The position numbers and the translations under genes were made by a program. From Bacilli bacterium (GTDB lineage Bacteria > Bacillota_I > Bacilli_A > ML615J-28 > CAG-698): a DNA stretch of 64,000 nt. The stretch lies in the NCBI GenBank assembly GCA_031553555.1, contig JAVBLL010000018.1:62191-126190 (forward strand). The letters are read 5' to 3'. Below the pieces are notes generated by a model that saw nothing but the letters and a program-made list of their open reading frames with translations, was not told the origin of the DNA and made no database searches. Positions 19,304-29,211 of the stretch are shown piece after piece. Position 1 is the first letter of the stretch; every line of letters starts with the position of its first letter.

Positions 19304-19326
19304 TTTTCACAGAAAATTATTAAAAA
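19304..19326 (-). promoter_or_regulatory. Conserved motif copy B
   Basis: ttttcacagaaaattattaaaaa, ~80 nt upstream of the GNAT start. Confidence 0.35.
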
Positions 19327-19386
19327 CATATCAACATGTTAAAGCTATTAAATTTGATTATATAATGTAAGTTTATCAATAATTTA

Positions 19387-20313
19387 TTATGCCATCTTGA
19401 GCCAGCATTTTTCCTTCAAAAAAACAATGATGTCTTCATTAATATCTTCATAATAATCAATTAGTAACTTTTTATATTCAGGCACTAATTCAGCTGGTAC
19501 GACAATAATCCCCTGTCCATGACTTATTAAATGGTGATTTGCAAATACTACTGCTGTTCTTTTATTCCCGTCTAGAAATAGCTGACGTTTCATTACATAT
19601 AGTAGTAATGTAATTGTTTCATCAATAATACTAAAATCACTATTTATCATTCCACCCAATTCTTCTTTAATCATAGTTTCAATAGGCATCGGAGGAATAT
19701 AAGTTGAGCCACCGATGGATACAGGTACTGTTCTTAGCTTCCCAGCTACATATGAAAATCCGTCTTCAATTATTTGATTAATTTGACATAAAATAGCATA
19801 ATTTGTTGGATAAGAAATCACTCCATCAGCAAGAATAAATTCCCAAGCTCTTTTCAAGTTCACGACCTTAGTAACATCTATTGCTGTCATATTTGATACT
19901 TTTCCACCATGAATAATAGTTTCAGTATCTGAATATGTAGTTGCAACACCTTCAAGGACAGCTTGCTTATATATCGAATCAACCATATTTCTTCTTGCTA
20001 ATGCTACATTAATCATCACAGTATCAGATAGAGATATCTCTTCATATAACAAATTATCTAATTCTTTATTTATTTCTTTTATTCTCTTTTTGTATTGCTT
20101 AGCCAATTCATTATTCTCTTGAATAACATTAATTAACACATTTGAAAATTCACCTACATATTTACTTTTCTTTATACCTTCAATTCTATGATGTACATAA
20201 ATATATTGTTTACTATTTTTTTCTCTTATTTCTATGCTTCCATAAATCATTTTTTCTAATCTTGAATTAGTCAATTCTTTTTCATGCAATAAATCAGCTA
20301 TGTTTTTTTCCAT
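19387..20313 (-). CDS. Fic/Doc family protein with Doc-type motif (FLDGNKRTA) and His-to-Gln substitution at the catalytic position
   Basis: Core QLFLDGNKRTAVVFANHHL matches Doc HxFxDGNKR, but reads Q-L-F-L-D-G-N-K-R. 308 aa with a ~230-aa N-terminal extension. Confidence 0.6.
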   Translation of the reverse strand: MEKNIADLLHEKELTNSRLEKMIYGSIEIREKNSKQYIYVHHRIEGIKKSKYVGEFSNVLINVIQENNELAKQYKKRIKEINKELDNLLYEEISLSDTVMINVALARRNMVDSIYKQAVLEGVATTYSDTETIIHGGKVSNMTAIDVTKVVNLKRAWEFILADGVISYPTNYAILCQINQIIEDGFSYVAGKLRTVPVSIGGSTYIPPMPIETMIKEELGGMINSDFSIIDETITLLLYVMKRQLFLDGNKRTAVVFANHHLISHGQGIIVVPAELVPEYKKLLIDYYEDINEDIIVFLKEKCWLKMA

Positions 20314-20375
20314 ATTAGCCTCCTGTGTGGAACTATTTTATATTATTAGTTTCACATATATTATAACATATAAAA

Positions 20376-20422
20376 TTAAAAATGTGGAACATTTTTGTTG
20401 TTTTTGTTCCACACTTTTTAAA
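20376..20422. terminator. Terminator after RlmD-like gene
   Basis: Stem AAAATGTGGAACA/TGTTCCACACTTTT. Flanked by an A-run (20371-20383) and a T-run (20414-20418). Confidence 0.55.
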
Positions 20423-20446
20423 AATTTATTTGATTTCTTTATTTTT

Positions 20447-21604
20447 TCACTTATCCTTTAGCGATAAATAAACCACACACTCAACAACCTTAGTCCAACA
20501 AAACATATCTACTGCACATATTTTTTTAATTAAATATCCTTTTTTAATAAATACTTCTAAATCTCTAGCTAAAGTTTCAGCTTCACAAGAAACATAGACT
20601 ATTTTTGCGGGATTTAACTTTCTACACGCCTCAATAAAAGAAGCTGTTGTACCATTTCTTGATGGATCTAAGATAATTCCATCAATATGCTCTTTTTGAG
20701 TAACTAACTTATTAATATAATCAGTTGCATCATCTTCTACTACCCAAACGTTTTTAATATTATTGTTTTTTGTATTTTCAATAGCCGCTTTTACTGATTG
20801 TTTATTATTTTCAACTGTCAGTACTTTCTTAATATTTTTACTAGATATAAGACCTATTGTCCCTACCCCTGAATAAGCATCTAAAATAATATCATTAGAA
20901 TTAAAATCACCATATTCTATTGCTTTCAAATATAGTTTTTCTGCTTGTCTAGGATTTACTTGAAAAAAAGATTTGGAAATTATTTTAAATTTTAATCCAC
21001 AAATAATATCTTCTATATATCCATTTCCCCATAAGACTCTTTCCTTTTCTCCTAAAACAATACTTGTTTTACGAGGGTTTATATTTTGAATAATGGTTTT
21101 GATAGATTTATGATTTTCTTTTAATCTCTTTATAAATTCATTTCTTCCTGGAAACATTTCCTCACTTGTAATAATTACTACCATAATGTCTTTATTTACA
21201 AATGACTCTTTAATCAATAAATGACGAAACAGTCCGATTCTTTTATCTTCATCATAAGGCTTGATTCTTAAATCTTTCATAATAGTAATTACAGAACTAA
21301 CAATTTTGTTTTGTTCATCACTATGCATCAAGCAATAATCAATATTAATAACTTTGTGACTTTTTTCTTCATAAAAACCTGCTAAGATTTTATTATTTTG
21401 ATATTTAAAACTGACAATCATTTTATTACGATATTGTGTATTATACTCTGTATCTATAACTTCATCTATTTTATGATTAATATTATATTTCTTAAAACAT
21501 TCATTAATATAGTTGATTTTATATTTTATTGTGTCTTTATATTCTCTATCTAATAATTGGCAGTTCCCACAAGCCTTTGCATATTTACATTCCATGTTAC
21601 TCAC
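20447..21604 (-). CDS. RlmD/RumA-family 23S rRNA (uracil-C5)-methyltransferase (Fe-S cluster type)
   Basis: N-terminal Cys cluster CKYAKACGNCQ plus internal Cys. SAM-binding LDAYSGVGTIGL. Catalytic region near C-terminus (YVSCEAETLARDL). Confidence 0.75.
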   Translation of the reverse strand: MSNMECKYAKACGNCQLLDREYKDTIKYKINYINECFKKYNINHKIDEVIDTEYNTQYRNKMIVSFKYQNNKILAGFYEEKSHKVINIDYCLMHSDEQNKIVSSVITIMKDLRIKPYDEDKRIGLFRHLLIKESFVNKDIMVVIITSEEMFPGRNEFIKRLKENHKSIKTIIQNINPRKTSIVLGEKERVLWGNGYIEDIICGLKFKIISKSFFQVNPRQAEKLYLKAIEYGDFNSNDIILDAYSGVGTIGLISSKNIKKVLTVENNKQSVKAAIENTKNNNIKNVWVVEDDATDYINKLVTQKEHIDGIILDPSRNGTTASFIEACRKLNPAKIVYVSCEAETLARDLEVFIKKGYLIKKICAVDMFCWTKVVECVVYLSLKDK

Positions 21605-21630
21605 CTTATATCTAGATTAATCTATCAATA

Positions 21631-24207
21631 TTAACTAACAACTATAACTAACTTATTAATAACCTCAATAGTTTGTTTCAAATAATTATTTACATCATTC
21701 ATATATAACTTTGCAAAATTTGCATTATTATCCGCTAAACATGCTTTAACATTATTTAAATAATTTGTTAATGCTTTAAACTCCAAATCTTCAGCTGATT
21801 TTAAAATACCATCAACACAATCAAATCCACATCCGCCAATAATATCTTCTTGAGCTCTTTCCATGAATTCAATCAACTTAGACGCATAAACTTTTTTGGA
21901 ATATTTTTTTAATGCTGATTCAATATCTATTATGCTAAACTTATTAAACTTTTTTAAATACTCTTCATTTAAATCATAAACTTTTTGTTTTTCATTTTTT
22001 TTAATTGATAATTTCTCAAGATAAAGATTTTTCTTTAATAACGATATTAATATACTCATCTCAATTGGTTTACCAATATGAGCATTCATACCGTTTTTTA
22101 TTGACATTTCAATATCTTCTTTAAAAACATTGGCACTCATGGCAATAATTGCTACATTTAAAGCATCCGATTTTATACTACTTCTAATTGCTTTAGTTGC
22201 TTCATAACCATTCATAATGGGCATTTGAATATCCATTAGAATAACATCATAATTATTCTTTAAAAATTTGTCGAATGCTTCTTGTCCATTATAAGCAATG
22301 TCTATTTTCATTCCTGTTCCTGTTAACATCTCTTCAACAACCATGCAGTTCAGTTCAACATCATCAACTAATAAACAAGTTTTATTTTTAAAAATATCTA
22401 TGTAATTTTCTTCAACTTCTTCTATATCAACAACTTCATCAATTGTTCCAAGTTTTAATATGAAAGAAAAACTACTACCCTCGCCTAACTTTGAATTCAC
22501 TTCAATAGTTCCATTCATTAAATTAATCAATTCTTTGCATATATATATTCCTAAACCAGTCCCACCATACTTCCTTGTAACATCTATACTGGCTTGAGTA
22601 AATGGTTTAAATAAATTGTTTAGTTGTTCTTCATTCATACCAATACCATTATCTTTAACTTCAAAATATAATTTTACACTGTCACTTTGTTCTTCAATAA
22701 TAGAAACGATTAAATCAATCTTTCCATTTTGTGGTGTAAATTTTATCGCATTTGATAAGAAATTTAGTAGTGTTTGAAGAATCCGCATTTGATCACCAAG
22801 CAAAGCTTTATGATATTCTGGAACTATGCAATTGAAATTGAGATTTTTTTCATCCAACTTAATTCTAATAACTGGCTCAATTTTATAAATCAAAGATTGT
22901 AAAGTGAAATGTTCAATATTTAAGGTTAACTTTCCAGCTTCTATTTTTGATAAATCTAATATATCATTTATCAATCCAAGCAAATGTCTTGATGATTTTT
23001 CAATGGTATTAATATTATGTTTTAATTTATCAATATCCATAGTTCTGTTGGAAGTTTGTGCAAGTCCAATAACCGCATTTAAAGGAGTTCGCATTTCATG
23101 AGACATTTGTGACAAGAATTCTGATTTTGCACGAGAAGCAATCTCAGCATTTGTCTTAGCTTCGTATAATCCTTTTTCTAAATCTTTTTGCACTGATATG
23201 TCTACAAAAGTATCAATCAAGTATTCTTTGTTTTTGATTTTTATCCATGATCCCGTTTTAATAATTGGCGTCGTTTTGCCATCAGGTGTAGTGATTTCTC
23301 TTTCAACAACTATTGTTTTTAAATGTTTTTCATTAATATGAGGACACATATTAATATCATGTTTACATAAAACATTATTGCATTTTTGACCAATGACTTG
23401 ATTTTCTTTTAAACCAAGAAGCTCACAAGCATAATTGTTAATAAGTTTTATAACATTATCTTCCATATCAATAAGTACTACACCAATTTTAATAGAGTTC
23501 ATTATTTGTGATAATAATTCTTGTTCACGATTTACTTGCTCATGTAGATTATCACTTTCAGTCAAATCCACCATAATGGCGGCTGTACCATACATTTCAT
23601 TTTTTTCATTGAATAATGGATAAACTATTTGATTGACATTCACTATTCCACCATTTTTATGTCTTAGAACGCCACGACCTTCCCAATAACCATATTTAAA
23701 TACGGTTGGTTGAATAACTGTCAATGCAAATTCATGAAAATTATTTGCATGAACATCAGCTATATGATTGAATATTGGTTTTTCATTGTTATCATATCCC
23801 ATCATCTTATATGCTGAAGAGTTTAAATATAATAATTTTCCATCAACATCTGCAATACCCATAAAATTCGTTGAATTTTGAACCATATCTGAACGGTATT
23901 TTATTAAGATGTTTTCTTCATTTTGTTTTTGAATCGCAACATTCAAAAAAGCATTATCTGAATAATAAAAAATGTTCATTTTTGCTAGATAATGAATTTC
24001 ATCATTTGCAAAAAATGATGATTGTTCAATATCTTGTTTATTAGTAATAAATTTAGTAAAATCCAATGAGCAATTAAACAAATCATTAAATTGATTGTAT
24101 CCCATTTCTTTCTTTATATTCAAAATCGAATTGTTTTTTAATAATACTATTTGCTCACAATCATAATTAATGATGAAATTTAATAGAAAAAGATTATTAT
24201 CGGTCAT
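21631..24207 (-). CDS. Soluble hybrid sensor histidine kinase (PAS domains - HisKA - HATPase - REC - C-terminal HPt-like tail)
   Basis: No TM segments. Cys-rich PAS (CNNVLCKHDINMCPH). H-box LSQMSHEMRTPLNAVIGL. G-boxes DNGIGM/GGTGLGI. Receiver LLVDDVELN...ILMDIQMP...K. Confidence 0.8.
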   Translation of the reverse strand: MTDNNLFLLNFIINYDCEQIVLLKNNSILNIKKEMGYNQFNDLFNCSLDFTKFITNKQDIEQSSFFANDEIHYLAKMNIFYYSDNAFLNVAIQKQNEENILIKYRSDMVQNSTNFMGIADVDGKLLYLNSSAYKMMGYDNNEKPIFNHIADVHANNFHEFALTVIQPTVFKYGYWEGRGVLRHKNGGIVNVNQIVYPLFNEKNEMYGTAAIMVDLTESDNLHEQVNREQELLSQIMNSIKIGVVLIDMEDNVIKLINNYACELLGLKENQVIGQKCNNVLCKHDINMCPHINEKHLKTIVVEREITTPDGKTTPIIKTGSWIKIKNKEYLIDTFVDISVQKDLEKGLYEAKTNAEIASRAKSEFLSQMSHEMRTPLNAVIGLAQTSNRTMDIDKLKHNINTIEKSSRHLLGLINDILDLSKIEAGKLTLNIEHFTLQSLIYKIEPVIRIKLDEKNLNFNCIVPEYHKALLGDQMRILQTLLNFLSNAIKFTPQNGKIDLIVSIIEEQSDSVKLYFEVKDNGIGMNEEQLNNLFKPFTQASIDVTRKYGGTGLGIYICKELINLMNGTIEVNSKLGEGSSFSFILKLGTIDEVVDIEEVEENYIDIFKNKTCLLVDDVELNCMVVEEMLTGTGMKIDIAYNGQEAFDKFLKNNYDVILMDIQMPIMNGYEATKAIRSSIKSDALNVAIIAMSANVFKEDIEMSIKNGMNAHIGKPIEMSILISLLKKNLYLEKLSIKKNEKQKVYDLNEEYLKKFNKFSIIDIESALKKYSKKVYASKLIEFMERAQEDIIGGCGFDCVDGILKSAEDLEFKALTNYLNNVKACLADNNANFAKLYMNDVNNYLKQTIEVINKLVIVVS

Positions 24208-24349
24208 ATTATGCTCCTTGTTAGTTATTTAAAATCATGATCTTAGTTTTACTACTTTCACATTACTCATATTATACCAAAATATTGTTGAAAAAGGAAG
24301 ACAATAAACATTCTTCCTTTGTAAATCTAACAATTTTATATTTATTATT

Positions 24350-25168
24350 TTATGCTTTCTTTATTTTGATATAAACAGAGGAATCTGTTTGTTTTAAAGT
24401 ATAATATTGGTTTAAGAATTTTTTAAAAAAAGGTAATGCTTGACTACTTGTAGCCCCATAATTTTTCGGATTAAAATCGGTTTTGTTTTTTGTTAATATT
24501 TCAATTACATAAGCAAATAAAGCATATCCTTCTTCATCACTTCTTGACTCAATTATGTCATTTATAAGTAGTACTATTTCATAAATTTTATTAACATTCA
24601 TAGGGGTATTATTTGAATTATTGTTTTTGTTTTCCGTTTTAGTTTTTTTGCTTATAGTTTTTAATGCATCCTTTGCTTTAATAACTGTTGTTACCTCTTT
24701 AATGGTTTCTTTTGATTCAATGACAATTGGTTCCTTATTTAGAGCATTAAATATTTCATCAACATTAATAAATTTATGACAAGTATTTTTCAGTGGACTT
24801 GGTGTTGTTCCTTTACCAGCCCCAATGACATATTTTCTTTCTTCTTTTAATCTAATAGCTAGTGGCGTAAAATCCGAATCACTTGTTGCCAAACAAAAAC
24901 AATCATAAAAACCTTTACTTAAAAACTCCATCGCCTCAATTACCATCCGTATATCTGTGGCATTTTTACCAGTGGTGTATGGCGGCTGTAAAATTGGGTT
25001 AATTCCTAACTCTAGAAATTCTTTCTTTATTTTAGAATCAAAATTACCATATGCCCTTACAACAACTATATCACCTATTTCATCAAGTTCATTTTTTAAA
25101 ATTTTGAAATATTTAATCGCAAAATTCTCCGAGTCGATTAATACGACTATACTTTTTCTTTCTTCCAT
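24350..25168 (-). CDS. NYN (LabA/limkain-b1-like PIN-fold) domain protein with C-terminal OST-HTH/LOTUS-like domain
   Basis: N-terminal IVVLIDSENF...VVVRAYGNF...TSDSDF acidic NYN core. C-terminal ~70-aa helical domain. Confidence 0.6.
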   Translation of the reverse strand: MEERKSIVVLIDSENFAIKYFKILKNELDEIGDIVVVRAYGNFDSKIKKEFLELGINPILQPPYTTGKNATDIRMVIEAMEFLSKGFYDCFCLATSDSDFTPLAIRLKEERKYVIGAGKGTTPSPLKNTCHKFINVDEIFNALNKEPIVIESKETIKEVTTVIKAKDALKTISKKTKTENKNNNSNNTPMNVNKIYEIVLLINDIIESRSDEEGYALFAYVIEILTKNKTDFNPKNYGATSSQALPFFKKFLNQYYTLKQTDSSVYIKIKKA

Positions 25169-25397
25169 TTTCCCTCCACATTATGTTATATAATATAATG
25201 CTAAACCTTATTTTATTATTAATCTAGCAATTTTTAATTTCTATAAACATAAAATTTCTTTTTCGAGACAATCATTTTTTATTTTATTATCTCTCTAACA
25301 TAATTAATTTTATCATTTTGATAAGCTTAAGTCAATTTTTTTGATAAGATTAATTTTATAGTCACTGTTTTCTTTTTTAAAAAATATACTTTAGAAT

Positions 25398-25432
25398 TTA
25401 AAAAGTCGAGCATTATCATAACACTCGACAAT
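25398..25432 (-). terminator. Terminator downstream of pcrA
   Basis: Stem GTCGAG/CTCGAC (25405-25410/25424-25429), 13-nt loop. U-run on minus strand from AAAAA at 25400-25404. Confidence 0.5.
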
Positions 25433-25436
25433 ATTA

Positions 25437-27539
25437 CTATTTCTTTGTTATACTTGGATGTGTCATGTCAAATGTTTTAATAGAGCCTTGAGCGGTAAAA
25501 CAAATTTTACCAACTTTACTATCTAAAGAGACAATAATGCCTTCCCCATACATATTATGAATGACGTAATCTCCCACTTTATAAACACTGGCATCTTTTG
25601 GTGCATCTATAACTGGAGCCAATATTTTTTCCACTTTGATTGTTTTTGGTTTTGACTGTTCTCTTTCACCAATAAATTCTAACAAAAATTTTGATTGACT
25701 ATGATTTCTAATATCTCCATAAATTAATCTTTTGTTTGCACAAGTTAAATAAAGTTTATTTCTAGCTCTAGTAATGGCTACATACGCAATTCGTCTTTCT
25801 TCTTCTTCATCATTATTATCACCAGAGTTAAAAAAGTTTGGAAAAAGTCCATTTTCAAAAGCTACTAAAAAGACTGTGTCAAACTCTAAGCCTTTTACTG
25901 AGTGAACAGTAGAAATAGTAACTCCGTCATTGCTTTGTCTTTGATTTTGAAGTTTATCATCAGATAATATTGCCTCATCAAATGCTTCAATAAGTTTTTC
26001 TTCACGAGTAGCTAATTCACCATTATTCTCAATAGTTCTTAAAATACTTTTAAACTCCATTAAGTTTTCTTTTCTTTCCTCTTCATCATCATCGCCTTCA
26101 AGAGCATCAAAATAATTTGTTTTATCTAAAAGAATTTCAAAAAACTCATCTAGGGGAGTATCATTTATGAAATCTGATAATTCCTCAATCATTTTTTTGA
26201 ATTTTTGTAATATGTCATATTTGCTTGGAAGCACAAGTCTCATTGCATCTATACTATCAAAAATTGTCATTTTAAATTCACGTTTATAATCGAGTACTGT
26301 TTGCATAGTTTTTAGTCCAATGCCTCTTGCTGGTTCGTTAACAATTCTTTTAAAACTAATGATATCATTATTATTTAGAATAAATTTCAAATAAGCTGTG
26401 ACATCTTTGATTTCTTTACGCCTCAAATAACTTATACCACCAAAAATGCGATATGGAATTCCATGTTGAATTAGACCAAGTTCAAAATTACGACTGATAA
26501 CACTTGAGCGATATAAAATAGCAAAATCTTTATACGATTTATTATCATTTTTTATCGCATTTAAAATCTCATTTGCTACATATGTAACTTCATCTCTTTC
26601 ATCTCTAAGTTGAATTATCGTTATATCATTGTCATACCCTCTAATATCTGAGAATAAATCTTTTGATTGACGATTTTTATTATTGGCAATTAGCTTATTT
26701 GCCCCTTTAACAATACATTCTCTAGAACGATAGTTTTGATTCAAGATGATTTGTTTATATTCTGAAAACTCTTTTTTGAAAAGAACCATATTTTCGTAAT
26801 TTGTGCCACGAAAACTATAAATCGATTGATCATCATCGCCAACAACAAATAAATTTCGGTGCTTAATTGATAATAAATGAAGTATTCGATATTGTATTAA
26901 ATTAGTATCTTGAAACTCATCAACTAAAATATACTGATATTTATCTCGGTACTTATCTAGTGTTTCAACTGATATTTTAAATATTTCGTATGTTTTAATT
27001 AATAAATCCTCAAAATCCAATACATTAAGTTCTTTCATCGTTTCTTCATATTTATTGAAAATTAATCCTTCAATTTGATTGTCTGGTTTCATGTTGAAAC
27101 ATTTATTAAAATTAATCATTTTACGACAATGTTTAGGAGTGAATTTCTTTTTATCTATGTTTGCTTGAGCTAAAACGTCAGTTATTATTTTAAGTTGTTC
27201 CTCTTCGTCTATAATGTCAAAGTTTTTTTTATATCCAAGCAAATGAATTTCTTGTCTTAAAATCCTAGCACATAAAGAATGAAATGTTGAAATGGTAAGG
27301 TATTTTGTATGTATACCTACTAACCCATTTAATCTTTCCTTCATTTCATTAGTAGCTTTATTTGTAAATGTGATGGCCAAAATATGATAGGCAGGGATTC
27401 CTGCCTCTATCATATTAGCTATACGATAAGTCAAAGTTCTCGTTTTTCCACTTCCTGCTCCGGCAAAAACCATTATTGGTCCAGCAAATGTCGTAGCAGC
27501 GAGAGTTTGATTCTCATTCAATTCATTAGTAAAGGGCAT
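25437..27539 (-). CDS. pcrA: ATP-dependent DNA helicase PcrA (UvrD family)
   Basis: Walker A GAGSGKTRTL, motif II VDEFQDTN, C-terminal VTRAR. 700 aa. Confidence 0.9.
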   Translation of the reverse strand: MPFTNELNENQTLAATTFAGPIMVFAGAGSGKTRTLTYRIANMIEAGIPAYHILAITFTNKATNEMKERLNGLVGIHTKYLTISTFHSLCARILRQEIHLLGYKKNFDIIDEEEQLKIITDVLAQANIDKKKFTPKHCRKMINFNKCFNMKPDNQIEGLIFNKYEETMKELNVLDFEDLLIKTYEIFKISVETLDKYRDKYQYILVDEFQDTNLIQYRILHLLSIKHRNLFVVGDDDQSIYSFRGTNYENMVLFKKEFSEYKQIILNQNYRSRECIVKGANKLIANNKNRQSKDLFSDIRGYDNDITIIQLRDERDEVTYVANEILNAIKNDNKSYKDFAILYRSSVISRNFELGLIQHGIPYRIFGGISYLRRKEIKDVTAYLKFILNNNDIISFKRIVNEPARGIGLKTMQTVLDYKREFKMTIFDSIDAMRLVLPSKYDILQKFKKMIEELSDFINDTPLDEFFEILLDKTNYFDALEGDDDEEERKENLMEFKSILRTIENNGELATREEKLIEAFDEAILSDDKLQNQRQSNDGVTISTVHSVKGLEFDTVFLVAFENGLFPNFFNSGDNNDEEEERRIAYVAITRARNKLYLTCANKRLIYGDIRNHSQSKFLLEFIGEREQSKPKTIKVEKILAPVIDAPKDASVYKVGDYVIHNMYGEGIIVSLDSKVGKICFTAQGSIKTFDMTHPSITKK

Positions 27540-27577
27540 GTTTTCACCTCACTGAAAAGATTATGATAAATATTATA

Positions 27578-29200
27578 CTATTTTAATGCTGATTTTAATG
27601 AAACAATACGATTGAAAGTAAGTTTAGAATTATCACTATCAACTGCATAATAGCCATCTCTAATAAACTGGAATCTATCCAAAGTATTATAAACGCCTGC
27701 TTCAACAAATCCTTCATCCGTTTTCCAAGAATCAGGATTGATACGTTCAAGAAAACTAATTTCTTCGTTGTCATCTATAATTAATGGTTCAAATTTATTG
27801 AAGACTGCTTTATTTGCTGTAGTTGCTTCAATAAAAGTAATTGTTCCATTTGGTTTTCTTTCATTAAAACCACTACCGCTTAATGTTTGTTCATCATATG
27901 CACAAAGCACTTCTATTATATTACCATTATTATCATAAACAACTTCATTAGCTTTAATAAAATATGCATTCATTAAACGCACTTCTAATCCTAACGCCAA
28001 ACGTTTATAATGTTTATCCGGCTTTTCTAAACAAAAATCTTCTTGTTCAATATAAAGGTGTTTCGAAAAAGCAACTTTGCGTTTTCCAAGACTTTCATTT
28101 TCTTGGTTATTAAAAGCTTCAAAATATTCAATTTTGCCTTCTTCATAATTTGTAATAGTTACTTTTAGTGGTTTTGTTACTGCCATAATGCGGTTAACTT
28201 TAAGTTTTAAATCTTCTCTAACAAAATGATCAAGCATATCACCTTCAACAGTTGAGTTGATTCTTGATAATCCAGTTGATAATATAAAAGTTTTAATTGC
28301 CTCTGGAGTAATACCACGACGTCGCATACCTGCCAAAGTCGGCATACGTGGATCATCATAACCTATGACCTTTTTACTTTCAACAAGTTGTTTTATATAT
28401 CTTTTACTCATTATTGTGTTAGTAATATTTAAACGTCCAAATTCAATTTGAACTGGTTTATATTTTGTCTTACAAACCTCAATTACCCAATCATATAATA
28501 CTCTATGATTATCATATTCTAAACTACAAAGGGAATGAGTGATGCCTTCAAAGGCATCCTGAAGTGGGTGAGCATAATCATACATTGGATAAATGCACCA
28601 CTTATTACCTTGACGATGATGCTTAATATACATAATGCGGTATAAAACAGGATCACGCATATTAATATTAGGATGTGACATATCAATCTTGGCACGTAAA
28701 ACTTTCTCGCCTTCTTTATATAAACCATTTTTCATGTTTTCAAACAATGTTAAGTTCTCTGAAATGGAACGCTCACGATAAGGAGAGTTTTTTCCAGCCT
28801 CAGTTAATGTACCACGGTAGGCACTTGTTTCTGCTTGGGTCAAATCACAAACATACGCTAGTCCATTATTAATAAGTTCCAAAGCTAGTTTATATGTTTC
28901 TTCAAAATAATCCGATCCAAAAAACACATTTTCAGGATTATATCCTAACCATTCAATGTCTTTTTTGATTCCTTCAACAAATTCTTCATCTTCTTTAGCT
29001 GGATTAGTATCATCAAATCTTAAATTTGTATAACCATTAAAGCTTTTAGCTAGTTCAAAATTTGTTATAATTGCTCTGGCATGTCCAATATGCAAATAAG
29101 CATTTGGTTCTGGTGGAAAACGAGTAATTATTTTTTTAACCTTGCCGCTTTCCAAATCGTTTGCCATGATTGTTTTTATAAAATTTGCAATTTCTTCCAT
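27578..29200 (-). CDS. glnS: Glutamine--tRNA ligase
   Basis: RFPPEPNAYLHIGHA (HIGH motif), class I. ~540 aa with C-terminal anticodon-binding beta barrels. Bacterial GlnRS N-terminus. Confidence 0.85.
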   Translation of the reverse strand: MEEIANFIKTIMANDLESGKVKKIITRFPPEPNAYLHIGHARAIITNFELAKSFNGYTNLRFDDTNPAKEDEEFVEGIKKDIEWLGYNPENVFFGSDYFEETYKLALELINNGLAYVCDLTQAETSAYRGTLTEAGKNSPYRERSISENLTLFENMKNGLYKEGEKVLRAKIDMSHPNINMRDPVLYRIMYIKHHRQGNKWCIYPMYDYAHPLQDAFEGITHSLCSLEYDNHRVLYDWVIEVCKTKYKPVQIEFGRLNITNTIMSKRYIKQLVESKKVIGYDDPRMPTLAGMRRRGITPEAIKTFILSTGLSRINSTVEGDMLDHFVREDLKLKVNRIMAVTKPLKVTITNYEEGKIEYFEAFNNQENESLGKRKVAFSKHLYIEQEDFCLEKPDKHYKRLALGLEVRLMNAYFIKANEVVYDNNGNIIEVLCAYDEQTLSGSGFNERKPNGTITFIEATTANKAVFNKFEPLIIDDNEEISFLERINPDSWKTDEGFVEAGVYNTLDRFQFIRDGYYAVDSDNSKLTFNRIVSLKSALK

Positions 29201-29211
29201 ATAAATTCCTT

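Noticed and set aside
23900-24207. C-terminal tail of the hybrid kinase as a bona fide HPt domain
   Set aside because: A helical ~100-aa tail is present. The position corresponding to the phospho-accepting His in the HPt consensus (xHxLKGS) is not His in my manual alignment (DGILKSA). The assignment is left open, not asserted.
24208-24349. Search for integrase, transposase, phage or plasmid genes and CRISPR arrays across the window
   Set aside because: None found. All large ORFs are accounted for by housekeeping or accessory chromosomal functions. No direct-repeat/spacer arrays or IS-like terminal inverted repeats were noticed.
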